Assembly (NCBI GenBank): GCA_020536535.1
Contig: JAHLWZ010000733.1
Coordinates: 1 to 64,000, forward strand
Source: Pelomyxa schiedti
Taxonomy: Eukaryota > Protista > Evosea
Length of the DNA: 64,000 nt
Direction: 5' to 3'
Part shown: one piece after another, positions 35,202-47,008 of the stretch
Layout of the letters: every line of letters begins with the position of its first letter
How positions within the stretch are numbered: the first letter of the stretch is position 1
Program-made: the position numbers and the translations under genes
Notes under the pieces: model-generated
The model's database searches: none
What the model saw: the letters and a program-made list of their open reading frames with translations, nothing else
What the model was told of the DNA's origin: nothing

Positions 35202-37744
35202 ATGGCCACACCTGTGTACGCGGTTGTCAAGTGCAAGTTCGATGCCCAAACGGAAGTGCAATTGTCGATACAACTTGGGGAAACAGTGGAGGTTCGCTTT
35301 TAGTTCTCTCCCAGGAGGAGTGTACTTACAACCACAGGTTTTAAAAAAATACCCCCAAGGTTGGACGTATGGGCGAAACAAAGACGGAAAGGCTGGTATT
35401 TTCCCTAGCAATTATGTTGAGGAAGTGGTTGGACCTGTTACTACACCCGGACCACAAGGAGGCCTTGGCCCTGTTAAATTTAGGTTTGTGCCTTAGCAAA
35501 AAGGTTCCTTTTATTCTGAACCTTCTTTTATTGTGAAGAGTTCAAGCCATCTATGACTATTCGGGCAGTTCACCAACTGAACTGTCATTTAAAGCTGGGG
35601 ACGAGTTAGATGTTGTAGCAGATAACCTCCCTGGAGGCTGGTGGAGGGCTGTGATGAATGGGAAAGTAGGTCATATTCCATCTGGATTTGTGCAACGCCT
35701 GCCTGATCAACCTACTCAACCAAATAATCCTACTCCCGCACCAATTTCAACACCAACCCCCACGCCAACCCCAACGCCCACTCCCACCCCCACTCCCACC
35801 CCAACCCCAACCCCTACTCCCACCCAAAATCCTTCTGCCCCACCAACAAGCACAGGCAGCCCCACCACTCCTGGGAGTCAAACTCAAACTCCAACTCCAA
35901 CCCCTACGCCAACACCTACACCTGCACTCACACCTACGCCGATACCTACCCCAACCCCCAACCCACCCCCAACACCAACACCAACTCCGAATCCAACGCC
36001 CGTAAATCCGACAGTATCTACACCCACTCAATCACCAAACACTAATCCTGTAACGCCCACTCCAGCACCCACCAATACACCCGTAGCCGTCCCTCCACCA
36101 TCGCAAAATACAGGCAATCTACCGCCTCCTGACCAGGCATCTGGTGGGGATGTCTATCCCTACAAAGCAAAGGCAAAATTTGCGTATACTTCAACAAAGG
36201 ATGCAGAGCTTACTTTCAACTGTGACGATGAAATTACCATTGTCAATCCTGGGAGCAATGGTTGGATTCTCGGCTTGATCAATGACAAATATGGCTATTT
36301 GCCTGCCTCTTACGTGGAAAGGATAGGTAACTTCCACTTTGAGAACGTATGTTCGTTGAAGTTTTCTCAGACAGCGTTGTTGAGCAGACACCAACAAATC
36401 CCGATGTTGCTCCGCCTACACAAACTTCTAAACCTACTGGAGCACCAGCTGAACAACCTGCAACTCAGCAAGCAATTCCTCCTCCTACAGAGACCCATCC
36501 TCCAGCTCAGGCAAGTGAGACAACACCTCCACCAGTGGACAAGCCAGTAACGTCAACAGTGCCACAACCTACTGTTGAATCTGCCGGCGCGGCGGCACCC
36601 CAGATTGTGTGCTGCATGTCTTCATTCATCTTGCTAATTTTGTCTCCGTAGCTACTTCCTTATAAAGCAATTGCCTTGTACGACTACAAAACCACAAAGC
36701 CTCACGAGCTTGCTTTTAATAAAGGAGACGAACTCACTATTGTAAAATCTTTGCAAAAGGTGACAATGTTCTCTGTGAAGCTTGCCCTCACCACCAACAG
36801 GGTTGGCTCTTTGGTACCCTAAACGGAGGTGCGGGAGGCTTGGTACCTTCGAAGTTTATTAAGGAGATTGCTCCACTTGCCAGATATACAAATACTACCG
36901 ATACTCCGCCTGGAATGTATGTGTGAGTGGTGTGTCAACTGTTAATAATAGCCAGGCCAAAACCTATGACCGCCGAACTGCAAAAAGATCAAAATTTCGG
37001 ATTTAAGGGCTTTTCTCTCGGTCTTTTTACATCTCAACCATCTGCTTTGCCATTCTTGTGTCCAATATGCAAATCTGTTGCAGAAAATCCAGTAACACAC
37101 TTAGCCACAACTGAGGTATGTATTAGACATCTTCATATCCGTACCCAACTTTCACAGAACACTGTTTTTTGTCACAAATGCATCAATAGTTGGTTGGAGA
37201 GGTTCAAGAGTTGCCCGATGTGCTCCAAAGCTGTCTCAGCCTCTGAAATGGGAGCCGTTCCACCTTCTGTTATGGCTAATTACTCAGCGTAAGTGTATTT
37301 TTTGAATATCACCCACTAATGTCCTTCAGTCTATGCATGCAATGCGTTAACAGTGCCTATGGGTGCAAGAATATTTCTACTCTTGCTCAACATGAACAGC
37401 ATGCTCTCGCATGCCCCTTCCACCCCGTTCATTGCCCACACACGCAATGCTGGAGGGTTTTCAGCCGTGGCACCATCGAGGAGCATACAAAAACGTGCCC
37501 CCACAAACCCTCACCAGCAACAACACACTGCACAGTTCCAGTTTGTGAGTGGAAAGGAACTCCGGAAGAACTGCCAACCCATCTTAAGGAATCCCAGTCC
37601 GCACACATTTCCACTCTCTCCAATGTCGTTAATACACTGATGCGGGAACACACGGAAACCCAAACTGCACTAAGAAACCTTCAGCAGACGGTTATGATTC
37701 AAAAACAGCTGATTGACAGTCTTCTCGCTGCCAAGCGCACTTAA
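35202..37744 (+). CDS. 4xSH3 + Pro/Thr linker + RING-like + TRAF-type zinc fingers + coiled coil protein
   Basis: SH3 motifs: AVVKCKFDAQ..GWTYG..GIFPSNYV; AIYDYSG..ELSFKAGDEL..GWWRA..GHIPSGFV; AKFAYTS..ELTFNCDDEI..GWILG..GYLPASYV; ALYDYKT..ELAFNKGDEL..GWLFG..GLVPSKFI. RING CPIC...FCHKC...CPMC. TRAF zinc fingers CVNSAYGC..HALACPFHPVHCPHTQC..HTKTC. Confidence 0.88.
35745..36010 (+). repeat. Coding (ACN CCN)n repeat encoding (Thr-Pro)n linker
   Basis: ACACCAACCCCCACGCCAACCCCAACGCCC... translates to [10 protein letters not shown]. Confidence 0.9.
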
Positions 37745-37846
37745 GGAAAAACCAAGAGTAATGTTTGAACAAAAAAAAAGGCCAAATTGCCTTTTCACTA
37801 GTACTAGTTAAAGAATATCTTTGATTCTTTCCCCTTGTTGAGTGAA

Positions 37847-39890
37847 CTAGGAGTCCACTGTTGTCAGTTTGGTTTGTAAGTACATTTGTTGTTTTACAAG
37901 GATGTGCCGAATAGGCTTGTAAATCTCTTGGTGGTGCTGCATGGTGTATTCCGGCAGCAAGTCAACCGTCAGAATTTGGTGGTGTGTGGTTTTGGCGGAG
38001 AAGTAGCAAAAGGCTGTCAGGGTAGGTCCCGTTTTTGCTCCTCGCCCTAGTATCGTCTTTATTGGGCGTCTCATGTAGTGGCCTTTCTTTATCTGGGGGA
38101 ATTATTTAATAAGGCATTGGAAAAACAAATGTATACCCCTTCGTACTCATCCAGGTTCATCAGTGTTTCATCATCTATTTCCCACAATTCCCCATATATT
38201 TGGTGACCTTGATCTGTTTTATATTAACGCAGGTCAAAAGAATAGCTGCAACCATGTACTTCTGGGTCATAGATAAGGTAAGGAACTCCACATTGGCCAA
38301 TGACTAGCGGGAAGGCATCCATTGTGGTTGCTTCTCCAATAAAGTGGGACTTACTCAGAAACTTGTGGTTCCAGTGGAAGCCTCTTTTAAGTGTTCCATA
38401 CACGAAAAGTGTGTGACTCTGTGAGGAGGACTTTGTACTCCAGAAACAAAAGTACAGAAGGGAAAGTGCAAGCCCAGCAACCCACAATAGAATCCAAGGG
38501 AAACCTGGTACAGAGTTTGCACTTAAACAAAAGTACTACAAGAGTAAGTACCAATGGGGAAAGAAAAAGGTACATTACCATAAGTAGTCCACAAATGGTT
38601 ATCAAGATGAAAATTGATTTCCAGTGCAGAGAAAGTGGAAACTTATGCTTACAAATAGCACCAGCACATATGCACTTACTTCTGCCGAAAAATGCAAAAT
38701 AAGGATCATGGCGTAAGTGCCACCTGTTCTCCCAACTGTCGACAATTTGGTCAACTTGTGGATAAGGTTTGGTGCGAACACGAAATTCCAATGGGCCATT
38801 TTCCAGAATAGGGAGATCTTTCTGTAGAATTTTCAAAACAAATACCAATGAAATGAGTGAGCACCTGCCAACGGAACATGGCAGCGCTAGTACAAGTCAA
38901 AAACGGGGATAGCTCAATCAAAATGACACGTCTGCTCGAAGGTAGATATGCAAGGTCCATAACATAGGTGTCCTCCCCAACATGGGGGTGAACTTCTGAC
39001 CAGTAGTCCAGCAGGGCCGGCTTCAACCATTCGATCTCTTCAACTAAGTGTTCATATAGAACATAATGGTCGTACTGGGAAATAGCAGTAACATGACCAC
39101 TCTTGACAAAAACTCGGAACTCATAATCATAACGCATTTCTGGCTCCCATGCACGTAATACTACTTGCTCAGGTTCACCGAATTCCAGCCAGTCTATCAA
39201 ATCAGAAAAAACCCTCTCACTGCTCAGAAGTAGGCTCATCGCCTCTTCCCCAGATCTAACGCACAAATCAAGGGCTCTAGAAGCTGCTGCGGCCCGTATG
39301 TTGGCGCGGGAGGCGTCAGATACATCACCTGATGAAGTAAATTCTTCCTGAATGGCATAAAACCGCTCCAAAACACGGTCCCGGTTCAGAGGCTCTGCAT
39401 CTTTACTAGAGATTGGTAAAGAAGATTGCAAAAGTTTTTAAAGAGATGGGAGGGGAAAGAGAAAGCAAGAGAAAAAGTTATGGGTAATAAACGTTGATCT
39501 GCCACAGAGACGTAAAAACGCTCCGTTTTTCTTGAATTGGCTGTTGATGATGGCATCCAGTGACGCCGTCAGTTTCTTCAGTACGGCCACAGCATCGCAC
39601 GTAAACTTGCAAGTTGTAGTTGTCACACCATCGCCGTTGATCACAACAAACTGGTCCCTTTGCGTGTACCTGCAGGAGTAAAACGCGATAATCGCAGCTG
39701 CCTCTGTCCTGGTCAAAGGCACGAAAACAGTGTCGAACGTGAATCTCTGCAAAGCCGGGTACCACACGTCTATGTCGAACGCCAGGTTCTCCTGCCTCAG
39801 CCTATGCTCCGAATTGATCATCAACTTACGTGCCGCCCGGTCCTGTCGCACTTCCGCACAACCACCAACCTGCACCCCGGCACCACTCAT
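37847..39890 (-). CDS. CDC123/R2K-like ATP-grasp domain + 2 TM helices + gamma-glutamylamine cyclotransferase (AIG2-like/GGACT) domain, apparently one gene
   Basis: ATP-grasp: FDIDVWYPALQRFTFDTVFVPL, GAFLRLCGRS(T)KD, LLLSSERVFSDL, YEFRVFV..HVTAISQY, YVMDL, VILIELSPF. Hydrophobic segments SIFILITICGLLMYFCL and WILLWVAGLALSLLYFCFW. GGACT: LFVYGTLKRGFHWNH, PLVIGQCGVPYLI, IYGELWEID..LDEYEG, YMRRPIK. A 43-nt phase-0 intron (38578-38536) joins the frames. Confidence 0.78.
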
Positions 39891-40016
39891 TCCCCCTTCT
39901 TTCGTGTTGTTTTTTTTTTTGTGTGTGTGTTTCTTCAACCGTTGAAGATTGCAAAAAAAAACAACATGTCAAACAAAAATTCATGTGACATGAGATGCCA
40001 AAAAAAGGGGCCTGGG

Positions 40017-41792
40017 TCACAGACCCCACATGTTTGTTGTTCCCAAGACCGCCTTGCTCAGAGCCTTGAGCTTCGGCGTGGTCCCTTGCCAATCTGGAAG
40101 CTCCAGGTTGTCCAGGCACGTCGTGTCGGGCACGCAGTCGTCCGACGTGACCAGCGTCGCGAGGATCGTCAGGCCGCAGGGGACGTCGGATCCCACAACT
40201 GGCGAGCTGATGATGGTGCCGTGGGTGGCGTAGTCCACGGGGATCAGCACGGACTTGGCGTTGCCGACGTCGGCGATGCGCTGCGCAGTGTACGACGCGT
40301 ACGTCAGCGGCGTTTGGTTGTCCCAGTTGCCGTTCACCACGTAGACAGGGACTTGCGAGTACTGCGGGATTGTGGGTTAGTTGGGGGTCAAGGTTCTCGT
40401 TTGGTTTTGTTTTCGTTGTTTTTTCGCGTTTGGCAGGATTTTTGGTATTATTAGTAGTATTGTTTTTTTGTTTGCCACAGAAAAGAGATTGATACGTTGG
40501 GGACTTGTCTCCAGTACTGGTCAATTGGGTATCTAGGCCAAGCATTTACATCAAGTAGCCAGGATTCTCCGGCATGGGTTGTGAAGAAGTAAGTTTTGTC
40601 TTGGGCACTGAGTAAGTCGGCGGGGTACTCAGAGCCAGGTTCCATGAGAAGAATCTCCGATGACATGATGTTGTACTGCAGCGGGGCGTCATACAGGCCG
40701 CCCTCACCAGGGGGGAAGGAAAAGAGCTGAGTGAGGGCTTTGACGTCATCAGCGTTGCACCGCACAAAGCGGTAAATGATTGGAGGGATGAGCATTCGCG
40801 CGTACTGGTATGTCATTCCTGTAGAAAACAGGGCCTGCAGGGTGGATACGTATGGCTTTGCCAGGGGAACCTTTGCGGCACATGTAGTGTTCACCAATTC
40901 GTCGTCTGAAAGAGCTGTGTACATTTGTCGGAGAGTAACAAGTGGGTCCAGTGCTCCCCACAAAGAGCTGCACCAGGGATCTGTGCCACAAAGAGCCATC
41001 ATATACCTCCCCACGCTATCGCTGATTTGATCCATATCAATGAGTTTATAGATATCTGGAGGCACTGTGCCGTCTAGGAATATTGACTTTGGGTCTACCG
41101 TGCGAATGAACATGAATTTGTGAGCCAACCAGGTGCCGTGGGACCAGGCGTAGAGGTGATAATTATTGCCAACCTCCGGGACTGTAAGCTGTTGAATTAG
41201 AAAGTCCAGGTCCCTAGCTGCATTCAACTCTGTGAATTGGGCCAAGTTGTCACCCCATATGTTCTCTAAGTCCTGAGCGCACTGGGCGTCGGGCCAAGCA
41301 ATTCCGGAAGGGCAGACCAACGGAGTAGAGAGTCCAGACCCGCGCTTGTCAGGAAGCATATATGCCACTCTATTAGAGAACAAATCAGGCACATCGAACG
41401 TTGCCCAAGCTCCCTCGAATCCCTGATGCAAAAACAGACTTCCACGACCTCCTCCACCCTAAGAAACAAACATTAATGCAACCTTAAAAACAAATATATC
41501 TCTGATTTGGTATTTAAAAAAAAACCTGCAACATCCACAAGTGGGTGTCCACAACTGCTGTGGGGTCAGAAGGCACCAACATCGTAACCCATAAGTTTAT
41601 GGTGGCGGGGTTCTCGGGGTAGTTCTCCCAGTCCAATGGCACCCCGGTCACGTTGGCGCACCACGCCTCGTACCAACTTGGCAGAGACGGCTGGTTGATC
41701 AGGTCGTCGGGGCACGACCCCCACGCCCACGACGGCGACGCAGACGACCCCACAACGATCGCTGTGAGACACACCAAGACGGCCGCAAGCAT
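40017..41792 (-). CDS. Secreted alpha/beta-hydrolase (peptidase S33/TAP-like)
   Basis: Signal peptide MLAAVLVCLTAIVVGSSA; WMLQGGGG oxyanion region; DKRGSGLS; AARDL; nucleophile YAWSHGTW; IFLDG; NGNWDNQTP (Asp); ATHG (His). Confidence 0.85.
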
Positions 41793-42055
41793 TTAATTAT
41801 TTTGTTGTTTCGATCGGGTTTTCCCTTTCTCTTCTTGTTGAGCCCCAAAACCCTTTTTTAAGAGAACACCGGCGAGATTGAAAGTGTGCAGGTGTGAAAG
41901 TCAGTCCAGAAAGTAATCACGGCCACAGAGCAGTTCCAGTCCCTGGCATTGGGCAAGAAACCTCCAGTGCCCAGACACCAGACACCCTTGAACCCACCCC
42001 CCCCCACCAACTTGCCAAAACATAAAACGAAACTACAGCGTTACGTTGACCGTCG

Positions 42056-45000
42056 ATGGCCACCCAGCCCCTCAGCATCGCCACCAGAAGCAGCAGCACG
42101 GGGCAGACGATGTGCTCCACGCAGACGAGCAGCGCGTCGTCGTCGGGGGGGGACAGCGGCGTCGCCTCGTCCGCGTCGCCGCTCGTCGACGCGGGGACCC
42201 GCTACATGCGCGGCGGGGGGTACGACAGCGAGCCCGCCCCCGACGAGGCGCCTCCTCCTGGGGAGGACGCGGTGTGCTGGGACGACGTGATGTGCCCGAT
42301 GTGCGCGGGGGTGTACGAGGACCCCGTGGTGTTGTCGTGCGGGCACACGTTCTGCCGGGGTTGTGTGTTGTTTTTGATCGGTGCCAAGTACCTGGAGGTT
42401 GTTGGGCCTGTTGTATTATTATTTTATTTATATTTATATTTATATTTATATTTATAGATCACTAAATTGTGTGTGCTGTAAAGGTGGAAGAAGTATCAGA
42501 TAAAGATGATCTTGTTGTGGCCATTGAATGCCCACTTTGTAAGGCCAATCCGCGGGTTCTATTTTCAGGTTTGTTTGGGTACATGTGCACACACTGGCGC
42601 TCAAAACCTCCCTCTCTGCAGGTAACGGCTTGGTTCCTGATAAAAAAATGGGGATCAAGATAGATTTGGTAAAATCAGATTTCCTCTAAATGTTCACTTA
42701 AAGCACCTTCCAGTGGCACAATCCTCCCTGCCAATGGATAGAAGATTGCCCAAATAAATCTATGATAGAGTGTCCTGAATGTGGTGGGTTACGGTACTGT
42801 CAAATATGTTGGAGTACTGCTCATGCAGTATGTATTCTCTTTCCCCCCCTTTTTTTCTGTAACTCCTATCAGAAAACCAAGTCTCCACACCATCCACAGT
42901 ACATCAATTTGTCTAATAGAATTGATGACTGCCCACTACATATGAATGAGCCACTTGCTGTGAGGAACTGGTACTGTAACGCTTGTCAGCAGCCTGTATG
43001 TTCACACTGCAAGACACACCCCCATAATAGTCATAATATTGTGCCCCTTCATTCTGTCCAAAGCGATCTATCTAAGCAGTGTGAGGGTACTATACCACCC
43101 TTCACAGATCTGTAATTCATCGACACTCAAAAGAGGAACTTCATAGACACACGCATATTCTATCACCAGAGAGTTCAGACATTACTATAGCCCTGGAATC
43201 CCAACACACACCTTTAATGGAATCCCTGAAATCCTTTTCTGAGACAATTGATCTCTCTCTAACTGAACTTGAAGCCCGGGTTCAACAGTTAACAGATGAT
43301 GCAAGTATGAGGCGCACTCCCTCTGTTTATTCTTATTTTATTTTCTGGTTAACCAAGGAGAAAGACTCCAAGCCCAAAAAATGGCTACAGAAAAAGTTAT
43401 TGAATATCACAGCTCTCTCTGTAGTTTATGGGAATCCGCAATGTTGTCAAGTGACGAGGTCACGCTCTTTCTTATTGATAAAAAGTTAAAGGAGCTGCTG
43501 TCGGTATATCTACCAATAGTCTGATGCTTTAGCTATTTTGAACTCACTTCAGAGGTGAGTCCCTGAACCACATTTGTTGATGCAGGGTTCTGTGGAAATG
43601 AGTCCCCTTGGCTCCCAAAGCGAAGGACTCCTTATTCAGGCTGACCCCATTGATCCCACCATCACTGAGCAGAAACATGGAATTACATTTGGATCAATTG
43701 CTTTGTACAAATGTTTCTTACACTAGAACATTTCTCCAAAATTGTACTGTTTACCATGCCCCAGGCACCACCAAGAAACTGTGTGGTGGATCTGCTAGAT
43801 ATTCTGAGGAGCCTTCTCAATTCAGTGGTCCAAGATCCATTGTATATGATCCACGCTCGAAGTTTTTCATACTGGCTGATTCTAAGAATCATACAATTAG
43901 AGCTGTTTATCCGACCGGTTAGCAGTGTTGTAATTGCTTGTCCTAAGTAACCCTTTTTGAAGGTCAAACAACACTCCTTTCTGGGACACCTGAAAAGGAA
44001 GGCACTTCAGATGGCGTTTGCCAGGAATCGAAATTCTCCTTCCCCATGGGAGTTGCACTCAATGAATCCTCAACAATTTATGTCACAAATTCTTCCCCTA
44101 CATCATGTACCCTGAGAAAGATAGACCAAAGTAGCCTGCCCCCCTGTACTCAGCTTCGTTTTCTGAATCCTCTTAGAATCAGGTTTGGTTTTCACCTGTA
44201 CTTCCACTGGGCTGTCATCCCCACAAGGAGTAGTTATTTACCAGGACAAAGTTCTTTTCGCCGAGAAAACCTCTCACTGCATAACAGTATACACTGAAGG
44301 AGGTTTTTCTCCCTCTACCCCCAATATTATTAACACTTCACTTGAATAACAGAAGTTATCCTCACATCCCACACACATACTCACATACTCACAGGTGGAA
44401 CCTCTGTACTGGCCGGATCATGCGGGCAGAAAGGTTTCCAGGACGGGCCATACAACCAAGCGCAGTTCTACCTCCCAACGTCACTGTGTGTTCTGCAGAA
44501 CGTGGTCTACGTCGCCCAAGCCGGCTGCATCCGCGTGCTCGCCGACGGCCTAGTGACCACGCTGGGCCCACGGCGCCACTTGTCTGAGTTTGAAAGCGTG
44601 GACTATGAAGCGGCAACGGCAGCAGCAACGGGAACAACGGGGGATTCGACTATTTCTACTGCTGCTCGTGCTGATGCTGGTTCTGCTACTGCTACTGCAA
44701 GCACAGCGGCAACAGGGGCCTCAGCCTCGAAGAGTGGGATCCAGGATGATACCAGACCAGAGGGCCCGATATTGGGGGACCTATTATCGGCGATTGTGCA
44801 TTACAATGGCAGTCTGTTAGTAGCAGACACACACAATGATGCAATTATGCAAGTTACATTTAGTGGTGTGTTGATCTCAGCACAACAACTTATCCAACCT
44901 CAAACCAAAAACAGGATTGGTTTCCACTCTGGTGAACATACCACGCCCAAGAGGAATTGCAGTATACCCAAGTGACTGCAGCCCATCAGGGGCAATGTGC

Positions 45001-45087
45001 CCAGGAGATCTCCTAGTATCTTCGTTTGGAAAGAATAAGGAGCACTGTCTGTATGTTGTTCACATGCAGTGTCTCGATAGCATTTGA
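42056..45087 (+). CDS. TRIM-NHL-like E3 ligase (RING - B-boxes - coiled coil - NHL repeats)
   Basis: RING CPMCAGVYEDPVVLSCGHTFCRGC...CPLC. B-box-like CPEC..YCQICWSTAH and CPLH...YCNACQQPVCSHCKTHPHNSH. NHL: FSGPRSIVYD..FILADSKNHTIR, FSFPMGVAL, LSSPQGVVI, GFQDGPYNQAQFYLPTSL, LLVADTHNDAIMQV. Confidence 0.85.
42420..42457. repeat. (ATTTAT)n hexamer microsatellite at the 3' end of the first TRIM-NHL intron
   Basis: TTTTATTTATATTTATATTTATATTTATATTTATAG ends at an AG acceptor. Confidence 0.85.
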
Positions 45088-45418
45088 AAACAAAAAACCA
45101 CAAAGTCCCATCTATTTGGGGGTTCTCGAGTTACAGGAGTTCTCTTGAAGATCAGAAACCCGCGGGACAGTCGACGTGCTTTTCTCCTTCCCATCACATC
45201 TGTGAAAAGCAGAAGTTTTGGGGTTTTGGGAAGAGACACTTCTCTCTAAGGAAACCGTCGATCGGAAAACTCAACCAACACCAAAAAGCCAAACGAAAAA
45301 ACAAAAGCAAAAAAAAAAAAAAAAGTCGTTTGATCGCAACCTACGATGAAGGTAGAAAACCAACACAGCAACCTTTATTTACTTGCTATTTGATCCTTCT
45401 TTGCTTTATGCATTTACA

Positions 45419-47008
45419 ATGGCACAGGTTGCGTGTTTTTTCCTTGCAGCCTTGGTGCTGTGCGCCTCTGGTGTGTGGTTTAAAAACCAACCCCCACATT
45501 TATCTCCTACGATACTCATTTTTCTCTTTTTTGCAGCCGAGGATGTGTGGAGTGTGTTGTCTAAGGACATCATGACCATTTGCATGGACGTACACTTCTG
45601 GAGCCCGCAAGAAGGACTGGTGTCTGGCATGCAAAACATGATTGGTATGTAGCCGACACAACACTATCATAAAGTTCCTGCAGTTTGAATCTCTAAAACA
45701 TTGGGCTTACATTGTTCTGCAGGTGCTCTTGTCTTGAGGACGGTAGATGCTGGCGCCAATTGGACCGTCATGACCAAGATTGCTGGCTTGGAGATGTGTG
45801 TTACAAATTCCCACAATGCATTTTTTGAAATTTCTCACTGCCAAAATAGGTTCATGTGCCTCGCCTTTGGAGACTACTACACAGGAGTCACTGCTGGACT
45901 TGGCTGGGATTTGGTTGAAATGTCGTCAATGTACACGCATGACGCTGGTGAGAGAACCTATCTTCCCTCCGTTTCTTTAACAGGGAAAATACTTCAAACA
46001 GGCTACACATGGACTGAAACAAATGACAACAACTTCATTGCCTCCTACCAAGACTGTGAGCCCGTTCCCAACAACGACGACATGTTCGTTATGGCTGGAT
46101 TCTGGGATCACGTTGTTCTTCCACACGAGTACGGCTACGGTGCAGCTATCTCAACCAATGGAGGAGTCGACTTTGTTCACTACGACTGGGGGATTGACAC
46201 TGAAGCAAGATACATCTCTTTTGCCAGTACCTATGTACGCCTTCCCTATTTTTGTCCGTTTTCCATGTAATTTGGAAAAAGGTTGGCTGGATTTCTGGAG
46301 GAATGTGGCCTGAGACACCTGAGGATTCCAAATACCACCTCAGGTTTCCTCCCTCGTTTTAAGTATTTACTTATAGTCCACAGACCAGAAATGCACCACG
46401 GAATTACAAAGGATGCTGATGGTAACTTCCATCAGGAGTTCGTTAACACAGGCAAACTGGGTGCTGGCTACACTGGTATTCTTGCTAAGACCACTGATGG
46501 AGGAAAGACCTGGGTCATGCAGTACAATGATACAACTAGCACTCGCTACTTCAATGGCATCCACGCTGCTTCCGAGAAGGACGTCTGGGTCGTTGGTGAG
46601 GGTGATGACGGAGCTTGGATCACACACACTGGCGATGGAGGGTTGACTTGGGAAGACCAGGTCCAAAATAATTCTATCCCCAAAACAACGCAATTCTAAT
46701 TCTGTACAGTTGTTTGTGGACGGTGGCTCCATGATGACTGTCAAGTGCTTTGACAATCTTGAGTGCTGGGTTGGTGGTAAAGCAGCTGGCCATGGAATGG
46801 ATGGAGGACTTTGGCACACTGTGTGTTTTAAAACCTTTTTCTTTTACAATAACACTGGATTAAGACTGATGGAGGTCTCTCATGGCACCTTACTGAAATG
46901 CAAGGATACTACATCAGCTACATCGATCTCCTTGACAGAGACCACATTTATGCCTCTGCCTTTGACACAGTTGGAGTGTCTGCCCTTCTGGAATACCTTC
47001 CAGAGTAA
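45419..47008 (+). CDS. Secreted BNR/Asp-box repeat beta-propeller protein (Ycf48/HCF136/sortilin-like repeats)
   Basis: Signal peptide MAQVACFFLAALVLCASA. Asp-boxes RTVDAGANW, THDAG, STNGGVDF, KTTDGGKTW, HTGDGGLTW and HTTDGGLSW. Stop TAA at 47006-47008. Confidence 0.82.
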
